A DNA stretch of 64,000 nucleotides from an uncultured Gemmatimonadota bacterium (GTDB lineage Bacteria > Gemmatimonadota > Gemmatimonadetes > Palauibacterales > Palauibacteraceae). The stretch lies in the NCBI GenBank assembly GCA_964509895.1, contig CAZDZJ010000118.1:4207-68206 (forward strand). The letters are read 5' to 3'. The notes beneath the pieces are model-generated. The model worked only from the letters and a program-made list of their open reading frames with translations, searched no databases and was not told the DNA's origin. The position numbers and the translations under genes were made by a program. This document shows positions 35,860 through 44,682 of this stretch, in pieces (position 1 is the first letter of the stretch; every line of letters starts with the position of its first letter).

Positions 35860-36999
35860 CTACAGTCTGAGCAGCCCCGGGAGCGCCCTCAGCGCTTCGA
35901 GGTTGTGTCCCGACTGAAAATAGTCCACGTACGGTAGCGCCGTGCGCATCCCCCGCGCCTCCGGCGCGTAGCGCGAGCTCTCGAGCAGCGGATTGAGCCA
36001 GATGACGCGGCGCGCCCGCCGCTGAACCCAGCTCATCGCGCGCTGGAGGGGCTCGACTTCGCCCTGGTCGAGGCCATCGGAGAGGATGATGACGAGGGTG
36101 CGGCGTCCCAGCATCCGCCGGCCGTACCGGCTGACGAACGTCTCCAAGCACTCGCCGATCCGCGTCCCGCTCGACCAGCCGCGCGCGCGCAGGCGGTCCA
36201 GCGCCGGGTCGACCTCTTCCCCGGCCAGCCATGGCGTGAGGTGCGTGAGACGCGTGCTGAAAGCAAATGTCTGGATCTCGCGCGCGCGACCGCACCCCAG
36301 GAGGAAGCGCAGCAGGAACCGGCTGTAGCGCTCCATTGAGCCGCTCACATCGCACAGGACGACGAGTTGCGGGGGCACATGCCGCCGCCTGCGCCGCGCG
36401 AGGCGGACGAGTTCGCCCTCGTGCGCCACGAGCGACCGCAGCGTTCTCCGCACATCGATCGGCCCGCGTCGCCCTCCCGGCTCCAGCCGGCGGCTGCGTC
36501 GCGTGGAAAGCCGCACCATGAGCTGCTCGAGCCAGGCGTCGACCTCCCGCAGTTCCTCCTCGCCGATCGAGGCGAACGAGCGCCGGGCGAGCGAGTGGGC
36601 TGCGCTGTAGGCGGCCCCGATCGGACGCTCCCGGGGCTCTTCGTCATCGCGGGCGTGCCGCGCGGCATCGTCGCGACCGAACGCCGCAAGTCCGCCGTCG
36701 GCGGTCGATGCTCGGAGGGGCGGCTGAGCCCCCCGTCCCGCCGCAGCCTTCGACAGGAGATCCTCGACGGCCGATGGCGGCCTCCCGTCACTCCACCAAG
36801 CCGGAAAGCAGCGCTCGAAGATGTCGATGTCCGCGGCGCTGGAGCAGAACGCGGCGCGGAGCCCCGCCCTGATGTCCTCCACATCGGCGACATCGAGGTG
36901 CGGAAGCGCGGCGAGTGCCGTCGTGGACTCGGAGAGAGCGCAGCCCAGTCCTTCGGCTCGCAGTCGCCGCCCCAGGTCGACGACGCGCTCCGGCGTCAA
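35860..36999 (-). CDS. CoxE-like VWA domain protein
   Basis: VVLCDVSGSMERYSRF (MIDAS DxSxS), FAFSTRLT.LT, WSSGTRIG, VIILSDGLD, VIWLNPL, P..RGM..ALPYVD.F...HNL..L. The TTG start at 36999 overlaps the upstream stop. Confidence 0.88.
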   Translation of the reverse strand: MTPERVVDLGRRLRAEGLGCALSESTTALAALPHLDVADVEDIRAGLRAAFCSSAADIDIFERCFPAWWSDGRPPSAVEDLLSKAAAGRGAQPPLRASTADGGLAAFGRDDAARHARDDEEPRERPIGAAYSAAHSLARRSFASIGEEELREVDAWLEQLMVRLSTRRSRRLEPGGRRGPIDVRRTLRSLVAHEGELVRLARRRRRHVPPQLVVLCDVSGSMERYSRFLLRFLLGCGRAREIQTFAFSTRLTHLTPWLAGEEVDPALDRLRARGWSSGTRIGECLETFVSRYGRRMLGRRTLVIILSDGLDQGEVEPLQRAMSWVQRRARRVIWLNPLLESSRYAPEARGMRTALPYVDYFQSGHNLEALRALPGLLRL

Positions 37000-37880
37000 C
37001 TTCCCCCGTCCCCCGATGACGCGAGCAGTTCCACCAGTCGCTCCTCCGTGAGTCCGGCCAGGTCGTTCGGATCCTTCACGAGCGCCCCGATCGCGGCGCG
37101 CGCCATCGTCGCGTTGAGCGGATCCGGGCCCAGGTGCTCGAGGGCGGCGGCAAAATCCAGTGTCTCCGCAACGCCGGGCGGCTTCGCGAGCCGCGCGCCG
37201 CGAAGCCGCTGCGCCAACCTCACGGCCTCCCGCGCCCGGGAGGCGGCGATATCCGGCCGTCGCCGCCGCAGGATCTCGACCTCCCGCTCCCGGGCCGGGT
37301 AGTCGATCCACAGATAGAGGCAGCGCCGCCGCAGCGCGTCCGACAGCTCGCGCGTGCCGTTCGAAGTGAGGACGACGACCGGCCGCGTCCGGGCCTCGAC
37401 CGTGCCCAGTTCCGGAATCGAAACCTGAAAATCCGACAGCAACTCGAGCAGGAACGCCTCGAACTCCTCGTCCGCTCGATCCACCTCGTCGATGAGGAGC
37501 ACCGGCCGCGTCTCGCAGCGAATCGCGCGCAAAAGGGGCCGCTCGAGCAGGAAATCGGCCCCGAAGATCGTTCGCTGCACTGCTTCGGCATCACCGTCGC
37601 GGCCCTGCAGGCGGATGTGGAGGAGTTGCTTCTGGTAGTTCCATTCGTAGAGGGCCGTGGGGAGGTCGAGCCCTTCGTAGCACTGAAGGCGTATGAGCTC
37701 CGCTCCGAGCCACAGCGCGACCGCCTTGGCGATCTCCGTCTTTCCCACGCCGGCGGCCCCCTCGACGAGAAGCGGCTTCTCCATGGCGCGACCGAGATGG
37801 ACCGCAGTGGCGATGCTCCGATCCGCGATGTAGCCCACCCCTTCGAGTTCCTCGACGATCTTCGCGATCTCGGGTTGCAA
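36996..37880 (-). CDS. MoxR/CoxD-like AAA+ ATPase
   Basis: PLLVEGAAGVGKTE (Walker A), RLQCYEGLD...ALYEWNY.KQLL, LLIDEVDRAD.EFEAFLLE.LSDFQ.SIPELGT, LTSN.TRELSDALRRRC. TTG start at 37880 with SD GGAGG. Confidence 0.92.
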   Translation of the reverse strand: MQPEIAKIVEELEGVGYIADRSIATAVHLGRAMEKPLLVEGAAGVGKTEIAKAVALWLGAELIRLQCYEGLDLPTALYEWNYQKQLLHIRLQGRDGDAEAVQRTIFGADFLLERPLLRAIRCETRPVLLIDEVDRADEEFEAFLLELLSDFQVSIPELGTVEARTRPVVVLTSNGTRELSDALRRRCLYLWIDYPAREREVEILRRRRPDIAASRAREAVRLAQRLRGARLAKPPGVAETLDFAAALEHLGPDPLNATMARAAIGALVKDPNDLAGLTEERLVELLASSGDGGS

Positions 37881-38055
37881 GGCGACGACCTCCCGGTTGC
37901 GGGTGGGGCGCGGCAATCTCAGCTTCCGCTGGAAACCGGTCCGCGCTGGATCCAACGCGGCAATATAACCGCTCCCACGGAGACTTGGCCCGACCGGCGA
38001 TCCGTCCCGACGCGGGCCCCGTCCCGGGGCTTGCGCAGGCACCCGAGGAGCGACG

Positions 38056-38523
38056 ATGGCGATCGAGATAGAGAAGAGCTTCGAGGTCCCGCAGAGCGTG
38101 GACGAAGTGTGGCGTTTCCTCACGGATCCCGAGCGCATCGTCGAGTGCCTGCCGGGCGCGACGCTCCTGGAGGCCGTCGACGAGCGTACCTACCGGGGAG
38201 AGATCGGACTCAAGCTGGGCCCCATCGGAACCCGTTTCCTGGGTGAGATCCGCTTCGACGAACTGGACGTCGAGCATCACCGCATGAGGATGACGGGAGA
38301 GGGGCGGGACCGGCGGGGGAGCGGCAACGTGAGAATGACGATGTTGAGTCATCTCCAGTCTATGGAAGAGAGGGAGGCTGGAGGGACCCGGATCTGGGTC
38401 TCGCAGTCCATCGCGCTCACAGGACGGCTTGCCTCGTTCGGGCGGGGCGGCGTGATTCAATCGGTGTCGAATGTTATGTTCAACCGCTTCACGGGTTGCG
38501 TGCGGGAGAAGTTGGCGCAGTGA
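38056..38523 (+). CDS. CoxG/SRPBCC family protein
   Basis: SFEVPQSVDEVW.FL.DPE.I..CLPGA, Y.G.I.LKLGPI...F.G, L.GRLA.FGRG.VI..V....F.RF..C. Confidence 0.85.
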   Translation: MAIEIEKSFEVPQSVDEVWRFLTDPERIVECLPGATLLEAVDERTYRGEIGLKLGPIGTRFLGEIRFDELDVEHHRMRMTGEGRDRRGSGNVRMTMLSHLQSMEEREAGGTRIWVSQSIALTGRLASFGRGGVIQSVSNVMFNRFTGCVREKLAQ

Positions 38524-38677
38524 CCAGCGGATTACGACGCGCGCATGGCCTTGCGCATGGCGCCGGCTTGCATTAATCGACCTTGATACCCTTGTTTCGA
38601 AGCTGCGTGGAATCTTGTGTGTCGCACGGCCGTGTGGGCCCTGCGCTGTCTGTTGCACGAACGGTCCGAGGTACTCG

Positions 38678-40468
38678 ATGAGAAGCACACGGAACATTCT
38701 CCCGTGGGTGGCGGTCGGAGTCGCTGCCCTCTCACTCCCGGCGGCGCCTCGCGCGCTCGACGCGCAAATGGAGGACCTGACGATCCTCGTCGCGCCCGTC
38801 GCGGTGACGGAGCCGGTCGACCGACGGTTCGGGGAACGCATCGCCGAGGAGATCCGGGACGCGCTCAAGGTCTTCCCCGGCTACATCGCGATCGAGCGTG
38901 ATGACGCCCGGGACCTGATCGACGACTTCGACCTCGACGAGAGAACGATGACGGCGATCGATTGGCAGCAGCTGGGGAACCAGATGAATGCCACGCTCGT
39001 CATGGTCGGGACGGCGACCATGACGGACGCCGGCGTGGAGGTCAACATCAGCTTCCGCGAGCCCCTCGGCGGGGACGAACTGCCCATGGTAGCCTTCACG
39101 GTGGCGGACGACGACTCCCACGAGGAGGCGGCCGGCCAGATCATGGGGCAGTTCGGGCAGGGCGTCGAGTATCGCCGGTCCATCGCGTTCTGCGGCGACT
39201 ACGTCGCCTCCGAACAGCCGATGGACGCGATCTCCAACTGCAACGCGGCGCTGGCACTGAACCCCGATAGCGACCGGGCCCACTACCTGCGCGCGCGGGC
39301 ATACATGTTGAACGAGGCCTGGGGTCAGGCGGCCCCCGACCTGCAGCGCGTCGTCGACAGGAGCCCGGGGGACGAGGAAGCCCTGGAAGCCCTCGCCTAC
39401 ACGTACGCACAGCTGGGTGACGGCGCGGCGTCGCTTCGCTACTACCGGCAGTTTCTCGACTTCCGGCCGGACAATGTCGCCGTGAGGATGCGGATCGCCT
39501 ACGACCTCACGCAGGCCGGTAGCTGGGCCGAGACCGTGCAGCTGCTCCAGGAGGGCGTGGAGCGGGCGCCGGACAACGTGGAACTCCTCGAGTACCTGGC
39601 CAGCGCGGCGCTGCAGGGCGGCCAGACGGCCGGCGAAGTCACCGACCCCACCATGATCGAGGTGGCCGTCGACGCGTCCGACAAGCTCGTGGCGCTGCAG
39701 GGCGACGCGGTAAACCCCACGACGCTGAGGAATGCCATGAACGCGTACATGCTCCTCGAGCAGTACGACAACGCGCTTGCGTTCTCGGCGCGGGCACTGG
39801 AAGCCGTCGGGGGTTCGGACGGCGCCAACGGCGATGGCGAGATGTCCCGCGAGGAACTGCTCGCCCAGGTTCACTCTTCTCGCGCCACCATCTACGATCG
39901 CATGGATGATCCGGCCGCGGGCGTGGTGGAACTGGAACAGGCGCTCGCCTACAACCCCGACGTCCCGGACGGCCGGCAGCGGCTTGCGGCGCTCAAGCTG
40001 AAGTCGGGGAACATGGAAGGAGCCGTGGCCGACTTCCGCGCCGCCGTCGCGGGCGGAGCGGATTCGAACCAGGTGGGCAACGCGATGTTCAGCCTGGGAT
40101 ACAACAATCATTATGTCCCGCAGACCAGGGTCGAGTATGCCGCGATCGACCTGGGTGAGCTGAGTACGGCGCTGGAACTGCTCGACGTTGCCACGGAATT
40201 CGTCCAGGATCCGACGCTCTCGGAGACGGTCAACTTCTACCTTGCGTACGGGTACTTCCTGCAGGGAAGCGCCTACGACAGCCGAAACGAAGCGGAGATG
40301 GCCTGCGGCCCGGCGCGCAGCGCCCTCAGCGCATTCCAGCGCGTGAGCCCGTACCTGGCGCAGGCGGGGAGTCAGCAAGCGAGCAACCAGCAGCAGATCC
40401 GCGAAGCGACCGATATCCAGCTGTACCGTCAGGAGTCGATCATCGAGGAGTCCTGCGAGCGCCGCTAA
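38678..40468 (+). CDS. Secreted tetratricopeptide-repeat protein
   Basis: Signal peptide from ATG 38678 (SD GAGGT), an alpha/beta N-terminal domain, then several TPR motifs (AHYLRARAY..A..DL, ALEALAYTYAQLGD..A...Y..FL..RPDN). Confidence 0.8.
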   Translation: MRSTRNILPWVAVGVAALSLPAAPRALDAQMEDLTILVAPVAVTEPVDRRFGERIAEEIRDALKVFPGYIAIERDDARDLIDDFDLDERTMTAIDWQQLGNQMNATLVMVGTATMTDAGVEVNISFREPLGGDELPMVAFTVADDDSHEEAAGQIMGQFGQGVEYRRSIAFCGDYVASEQPMDAISNCNAALALNPDSDRAHYLRARAYMLNEAWGQAAPDLQRVVDRSPGDEEALEALAYTYAQLGDGAASLRYYRQFLDFRPDNVAVRMRIAYDLTQAGSWAETVQLLQEGVERAPDNVELLEYLASAALQGGQTAGEVTDPTMIEVAVDASDKLVALQGDAVNPTTLRNAMNAYMLLEQYDNALAFSARALEAVGGSDGANGDGEMSREELLAQVHSSRATIYDRMDDPAAGVVELEQALAYNPDVPDGRQRLAALKLKSGNMEGAVADFRAAVAGGADSNQVGNAMFSLGYNNHYVPQTRVEYAAIDLGELSTALELLDVATEFVQDPTLSETVNFYLAYGYFLQGSAYDSRNEAEMACGPARSALSAFQRVSPYLAQAGSQQASNQQQIREATDIQLYRQESIIEESCERR

Positions 40469-40518
40469 ACCCGGAGCCCCCCAGGCGCGGCGCCTGACAC
40501 CCTTCGACACGACATTCG

Positions 40519-40555
40519 TGCCCGGCTCGCTCCGTCGCGGGCCGGGCATTTTTTT
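40519..40555 (+). terminator. Intrinsic terminator after the TPR gene
   Basis: TGCCCGGCTCGC-TCCGTC-GCGGGCCGGGCA followed by T7. Confidence 0.8.
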
Positions 40556-40590
40556 CGCCGTGCGATGGGGTAAAAAGGGGAGAATAGGGG

Positions 40591-40652
40591 TTGACACCCA
40601 TCGTTAGATCCCATAAAGTGGAATCCGGTGGGTGGAAACGGGGCGTTCTGGG
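40591..40652 (+). promoter_or_regulatory. dcw/mraZ sigma-70 promoter with overlapping MraZ-box array
   Basis: TTGACA (40591-40596), 17-nt spacer, TAAAGT (40614-40619). Repeats GTGGA, GTGGG, ACGGG, CTGGG at 40618, 40628, 40638 and 40648 (exact 10-bp period). Confidence 0.8.
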
Positions 40653-40685
40653 AGGGACACCCAAGACGAATGTCGAAGGCACGAT

Positions 40686-41117
40686 TTGCCAGGCTTTCTG
40701 GGGAGTTATCGACATCAGCTCGACTCGCAGGGTCGGGTCAGTCTGCCGGCGCCTTTTCGAAAGGGCCGGGAGCGGGAGCCGTTCGTCCTCCTCAAGACGC
40801 AACCCGACGCGCTGTCGCTGTATCCGGAAGACTCGTGGGAGTCCGTGCAGGAAGAGCTCCGGGAAATGTCGAGACGCGAGCCGCGTTTCCGTCCCCATGT
40901 CCTTCGCCTGACGGCGGACGCGGTTCAGGTCTCGCCGGACGCGCAGGGGAGGATCCTGATACCGGAGAGGATGAGAACGGCGGTCGCGCTGGGAAGTGAG
41001 GCTCTGGTCGTCGGCGCGATCAACCATGTCCAGATCTGGAATCCGGAGACGTTCGAGGCCGTGACGAGTGCGACGGACGAGGACTTCGATCGATTGATAG
41101 AGACGGTGTTCGCCTGA
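40686..41117 (+). CDS. mraZ: Division/cell wall cluster transcriptional repressor MraZ
   Basis: F.GSY.HQLDSQGRVSLPA.FR, L.LYP...W, VSPDAQGRILIP, VVGAINHVQIW. TTG start giving 143 aa. Confidence 0.95.
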   Translation: MPGFLGSYRHQLDSQGRVSLPAPFRKGREREPFVLLKTQPDALSLYPEDSWESVQEELREMSRREPRFRPHVLRLTADAVQVSPDAQGRILIPERMRTAVALGSEALVVGAINHVQIWNPETFEAVTSATDEDFDRLIETVFA

Positions 41118-41165
41118 CGGTTTTCCGATCACGGCACGGTGGGGGGAGTTGAGGAAGCCGACGGA

Positions 41166-42128
41166 GTGACAGAGGAGACGTTTCAGCACACGCCGGTCAT
41201 GCCGGAACAAGTGCTGCGATGGCTTCGCCCGGGGTGCGGAGGCGTCTTCCTGGATGCGACGGTCGGCGGTGCGGGGCATGCGATCCGGTTGCTGGAGTCC
41301 GGATCGGCCGTGCTCGTGATCGGGATCGATCAGGATGCGGAAGCGATCGAGGCCGCGAAGCGGCGGCTGGCGGCGGCTGGCGAACGCGCAAGGCTGATAC
41401 AGGCGAATTTCAGGGAAGTGGGTCGTCCGGGGTTCGCCGAGGAGATGGTCGGTCTGGCGGGGGCCCTGATGGACCTGGGTGTCTCATCGCACCAGATCGA
41501 GGCACAGAAGCGCGGCTTCTCGTTCCGCCCGGGGACGCCCCTGGGCATGCAGATGGACGAGACGGCGTGCGAGACAGAGTCCGCGGCCGAGTTGTTGAAT
41601 CGAGCGGACGAACGCGAGTTGGGCCGGGTCTTCCGTGATGGGGACGAGCGTAGGTGGCGGGCGCTCTCACGTGAGGTGGTGCGGAGGAGGAAGATCCGGC
41701 CCTTCAGCACGAGCGACGACCTCGTGGCCGCGCAGTCGGCGGTCCTGGGGCGTCCGGCGCGGGAAAGGGAAAAGGCCAGGCTCTTCCAGGCCGTGCGGAT
41801 CGCGGTCAACGACGAACTGGCCTCGCTGAGCGAGGGACTCGAGGGGATTCGCGACCGGCTCGCTCCGGGCGGGCGGTTGGCGGTTCTTTCGTATCACTCG
41901 CTCGAGGATCGGGTGGTGAAGAACGCGTTTCGCGCCTGGTCCGCCGACTGTCTCTGCCCTCCGGGCCTGCCGGAGTGCCGGTGTCGGGGAAGACCGATCG
42001 GGCGGACGCTGACGCGGCGGCCCGATCGACCCTCGGCTGAGGAGGTGGCCCGAAATCCAAGGTCACGAAGCGCGCGACTGCGGGTGTGGGAGAAGGGCGG
42101 GGCCCGGAAGGAGTCGGGCAACGGATGA
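41166..42128 (+). CDS. rsmH: 16S rRNA m4C1402 methyltransferase
   Basis: HTPVM..V, DATVGGAGHA, GIDQD, DLGVSSHQI....RGFSF, LFQAVRIAVNDEL, LSYHSLEDR.VK..F, NPRSRSARLR. Confidence 0.96.
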   Translation: MTEETFQHTPVMPEQVLRWLRPGCGGVFLDATVGGAGHAIRLLESGSAVLVIGIDQDAEAIEAAKRRLAAAGERARLIQANFREVGRPGFAEEMVGLAGALMDLGVSSHQIEAQKRGFSFRPGTPLGMQMDETACETESAAELLNRADERELGRVFRDGDERRWRALSREVVRRRKIRPFSTSDDLVAAQSAVLGRPAREREKARLFQAVRIAVNDELASLSEGLEGIRDRLAPGGRLAVLSYHSLEDRVVKNAFRAWSADCLCPPGLPECRCRGRPIGRTLTRRPDRPSAEEVARNPRSRSARLRVWEKGGARKESGNG

Positions 42129-42487
42129 GTAGCCAGGGCGAAAACGTGCGCAGGGTCCGTCGCCGGACACTGTTGCGATGGCCGACCGCCGGCATGGCGG
42201 TACTCGCCCTGGCCGCTTCGCTGATGACCGTGATCCGGCGCGGCGAGCACGGGCGACGGCTGATGGCCGAGCTTCGCGCGGTCGAAGCGGAGGCCGGGAT
42301 CGTGATGGACCGGATGGACGCGGCGCGGGCGAGAGTGGATTCGCTCGCCGCGCCGTCACGGATCGAACGCGCTGCGGGGGCGCTCGGCCTGCAGAGGGCG
42401 GGAGAGGAGCAGCTGCTCCGGATCGGCGCCGGATACCCGCCGGACGGAGAGGGGATTGAGATCCCCGGTCGGGGAGGGGACAGGTGA
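42125..42487 (+). CDS. ftsL: Cell division protein FtsL-like
   Basis: Basic N-terminus, one TM helix, coiled coil, 'L.APSRIE..A..LGL' motif, and its position between rsmH and ftsI. Confidence 0.75.
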   Translation: MSSQGENVRRVRRRTLLRWPTAGMAVLALAASLMTVIRRGEHGRRLMAELRAVEAEAGIVMDRMDAARARVDSLAAPSRIERAAGALGLQRAGEEQLLRIGAGYPPDGEGIEIPGRGGDR

Positions 42488-44508
42488 CGCGTTTCGGCAT
42501 TCACAGCACGACCGAGCTCGAGGGCGTTGCGGGCGACGCGCAGGGGGCGGCGCTCGCGCGGACACATCGCGTCCGGCATCGCACACTCGGAATCGCCTTC
42601 GCTCTCGTGGCATTGGCGTATGCCGTGCGCCTGGGCGAACTCCAGATCCTCGAAACGGAGGCTCACCGCGCGAGGCAACTCGCGCAGAGTGCGGAGTGGG
42701 AGATCCTGCCGGCGCCGCGAGGCCGGATCCTGGATCGTCGCGGCCGCGTACTCGCTGCACCGGACACGCGATACCAGGCCTTCCTCGCCGTAAACGAACT
42801 CCGCGTCGACCGGAGTGAGGCCATCGAAGCCGTCGCCTCGGTCATCCCCGTAACGCCGGAGCGCCGGGAAGCCATCGCGAAAGCCGGAGCCGGCTGGTCT
42901 CTCGTCGCGAGCGACGTGAGCGATGAAGAGCGGGTCCGGATCGCACGGACGATTGGGCCGGGTGTCTACTTCGAGAGCCGGTCCGCCAGGAAGTACCCTC
43001 TCAGCATGGGCCGCCGTCTCATCGGAGCCGTGGGGACCGATGGTCGGGGGGGAACGGGTCTCGAGGCCGATCTCGACGCCTGGCTGGCCGGAGAGCCAGG
43101 CCGCGCCGAGGTCCGGATGGACGGCCACCGCAACGCCTACCGACCCCCCGACGGGCGGGTCATCGAGGCGGAGGCCGGACACGATGTCGTACTCACGCTC
43201 GACGCCGAACTCCAGCGCATCGCCGAGACCGAACTCGCACGAGCTCTCACCGGAACGGGGGCGAGCGGCGGCGACATGGTCGTCCTCGACCCCCGCACGG
43301 GCGAAATCCTCGCTCTGGCGAGCGAACGCAGCGACGGTGCCGTCGACCGGATCTCGGCCCTCAGCGACCCGTACGAGCCCGGCTCGACGCTGAAGCCGTT
43401 CCTTCTCGCGACCCTCCTGAGCGAGGGCGTCGCCGACCTGGACGAGGTCGTCGATGTGGAGGGCGGCAGGCTACAGATGGGCTCCAGGGTGATCTCGGAT
43501 GTCCACGGGCACGACACGCTCAGCGTGCGGAGGGTCATCTCCAGGTCGAGCAACGTCGGGGCCGCAAAGCTGTCCTCGCGCCTCACGCCTGCCGTTCAGC
43601 ACCGTTATCTGCGCGACTTCGGCTTCGGCATGCGAACGCAGCTCGGATACCTGGCCGAGTCGCCGGGGCGCCTCAGCCGGCCGGAGGCGTGGACCTCGTT
43701 CAGTCCCGCTTCACACGCGATCGGCTACGCGATGTCCGCCACCTCCCTGCAACTTGCCACGGCGTATGCGGCGATCGCGAACGGCGGCGTACTGATGCGG
43801 CCGAGCCTCGTGAGAGAGGTACGGGCTCCGTCCGGGCGCGTGGTACAGCGCCTGGCCCCGAGTCCCGTGCGGCGCGTCATATCCGAAGAGGTGGCGGCCG
43901 AGGTCAGAGGCGTACTGGAGGAGGTCGTCCGCGAGGGGACGGGCAGGCTGGCCGGCATGGCGCAGTTCGCCGTGGCGGGGAAGACGGGAACGGCCCGTCT
44001 CGCCGTGGAGGGGGGCTACGCGCCAGGTCGCTACCGTGCCTCCTTCGTCGGTTTCGCGCCGGCGGATGATCCACGAATCGTCATTCTCACGCGCCTCGAA
44101 GATCCACGGGGAGGGGTCTACTACGGCGGCGCGATCGCGGCGCCCACGAGTCAGGCAGCCCTCGCGGCGGCGCTGGCGGGCGACGGGGTACAGCTCGATC
44201 CGCGCCTGGTGGTCTCCGAAGCCCGTCCCCGCCCGTGGTCCGGCGGATCCGCGGCACGCACGCCGGACGCAGCGGTCATCTTCGCCTCGACCGGGCCTGG
44301 TGCGGGCGTTGCGGCCAGGGGACCCTCGGGGAACGGCGAACCCGTCGTTTTACTCCCGGATCTCGCGGGGCTGTCCGCCCGCCAGGCCGCCGCGCGCCTG
44401 CACGCGCTCGGCCTACGGGTGGAATGGCGCGGACAGGGAAGCGTCGCTGGACAGAGCCCCCCGCCCGGGACCGAACTGGCCGCGGGTGCAACTGTCGTGC
44501 TGAGATAG
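42484..44508 (+). CDS. ftsI: Class B penicillin-binding protein FtsI/PBP3 with C-terminal PASTA domain
   Basis: APRGRILDR.G, YEPGSTLKP (SxxK), SSNVG (SxN), AGKTGTA (KTG), PASTA 'LPDLAGLSARQA...L...GL'. Confidence 0.93.
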   Translation: MTRFGIHSTTELEGVAGDAQGAALARTHRVRHRTLGIAFALVALAYAVRLGELQILETEAHRARQLAQSAEWEILPAPRGRILDRRGRVLAAPDTRYQAFLAVNELRVDRSEAIEAVASVIPVTPERREAIAKAGAGWSLVASDVSDEERVRIARTIGPGVYFESRSARKYPLSMGRRLIGAVGTDGRGGTGLEADLDAWLAGEPGRAEVRMDGHRNAYRPPDGRVIEAEAGHDVVLTLDAELQRIAETELARALTGTGASGGDMVVLDPRTGEILALASERSDGAVDRISALSDPYEPGSTLKPFLLATLLSEGVADLDEVVDVEGGRLQMGSRVISDVHGHDTLSVRRVISRSSNVGAAKLSSRLTPAVQHRYLRDFGFGMRTQLGYLAESPGRLSRPEAWTSFSPASHAIGYAMSATSLQLATAYAAIANGGVLMRPSLVREVRAPSGRVVQRLAPSPVRRVISEEVAAEVRGVLEEVVREGTGRLAGMAQFAVAGKTGTARLAVEGGYAPGRYRASFVGFAPADDPRIVILTRLEDPRGGVYYGGAIAAPTSQAALAAALAGDGVQLDPRLVVSEARPRPWSGGSAARTPDAAVIFASTGPGAGVAARGPSGNGEPVVLLPDLAGLSARQAAARLHALGLRVEWRGQGSVAGQSPPPGTELAAGATVVLR

Positions 44509-44586
44509 ACGGGAGCCGATGCGAATGAGTTGCGAGGCAGTGAAGCGAACCGAGGCCGGTCTCAGGCATACAAGATCGATGGGAGT

Positions 44587-44672
44587 TTAGCCGCGGGCGC
44601 GGCCGATGGGTCGTCGAGTGGCGGTGACGGGGGTTCCGGGCAACCGGAGCGCAGTCGCGCCCGCGCCTCTAG
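44587..44672. other. Candidate structured element (YTAG-bounded inverted repeat enclosing a GNRA hairpin) between ftsI and murE
   Basis: CGCGGGCGCG (44592-44601) pairs with CGCGCCCGCG (44656-44665), enclosing GTTCCGG-GCAA-CCGGAGC (44633-44650). Flanked by TTAG (44587) and CTAG (44669). Confidence 0.35.
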
Positions 44673-44682
44673 CGACCGGCCG

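Noticed and set aside
38558-38572. Sigma-54-like motif TGGCGCCGGCTTGCA upstream of the TPR gene
   Set aside because: Only 9 nt separate GG and GC; sigma-54 promoters require 10.
44520-44590. 23-codon ORF (MRMSCEAV...) between ftsI and murE as a leader peptide
   Set aside because: No informative codon bias or SD; cannot be distinguished from chance.
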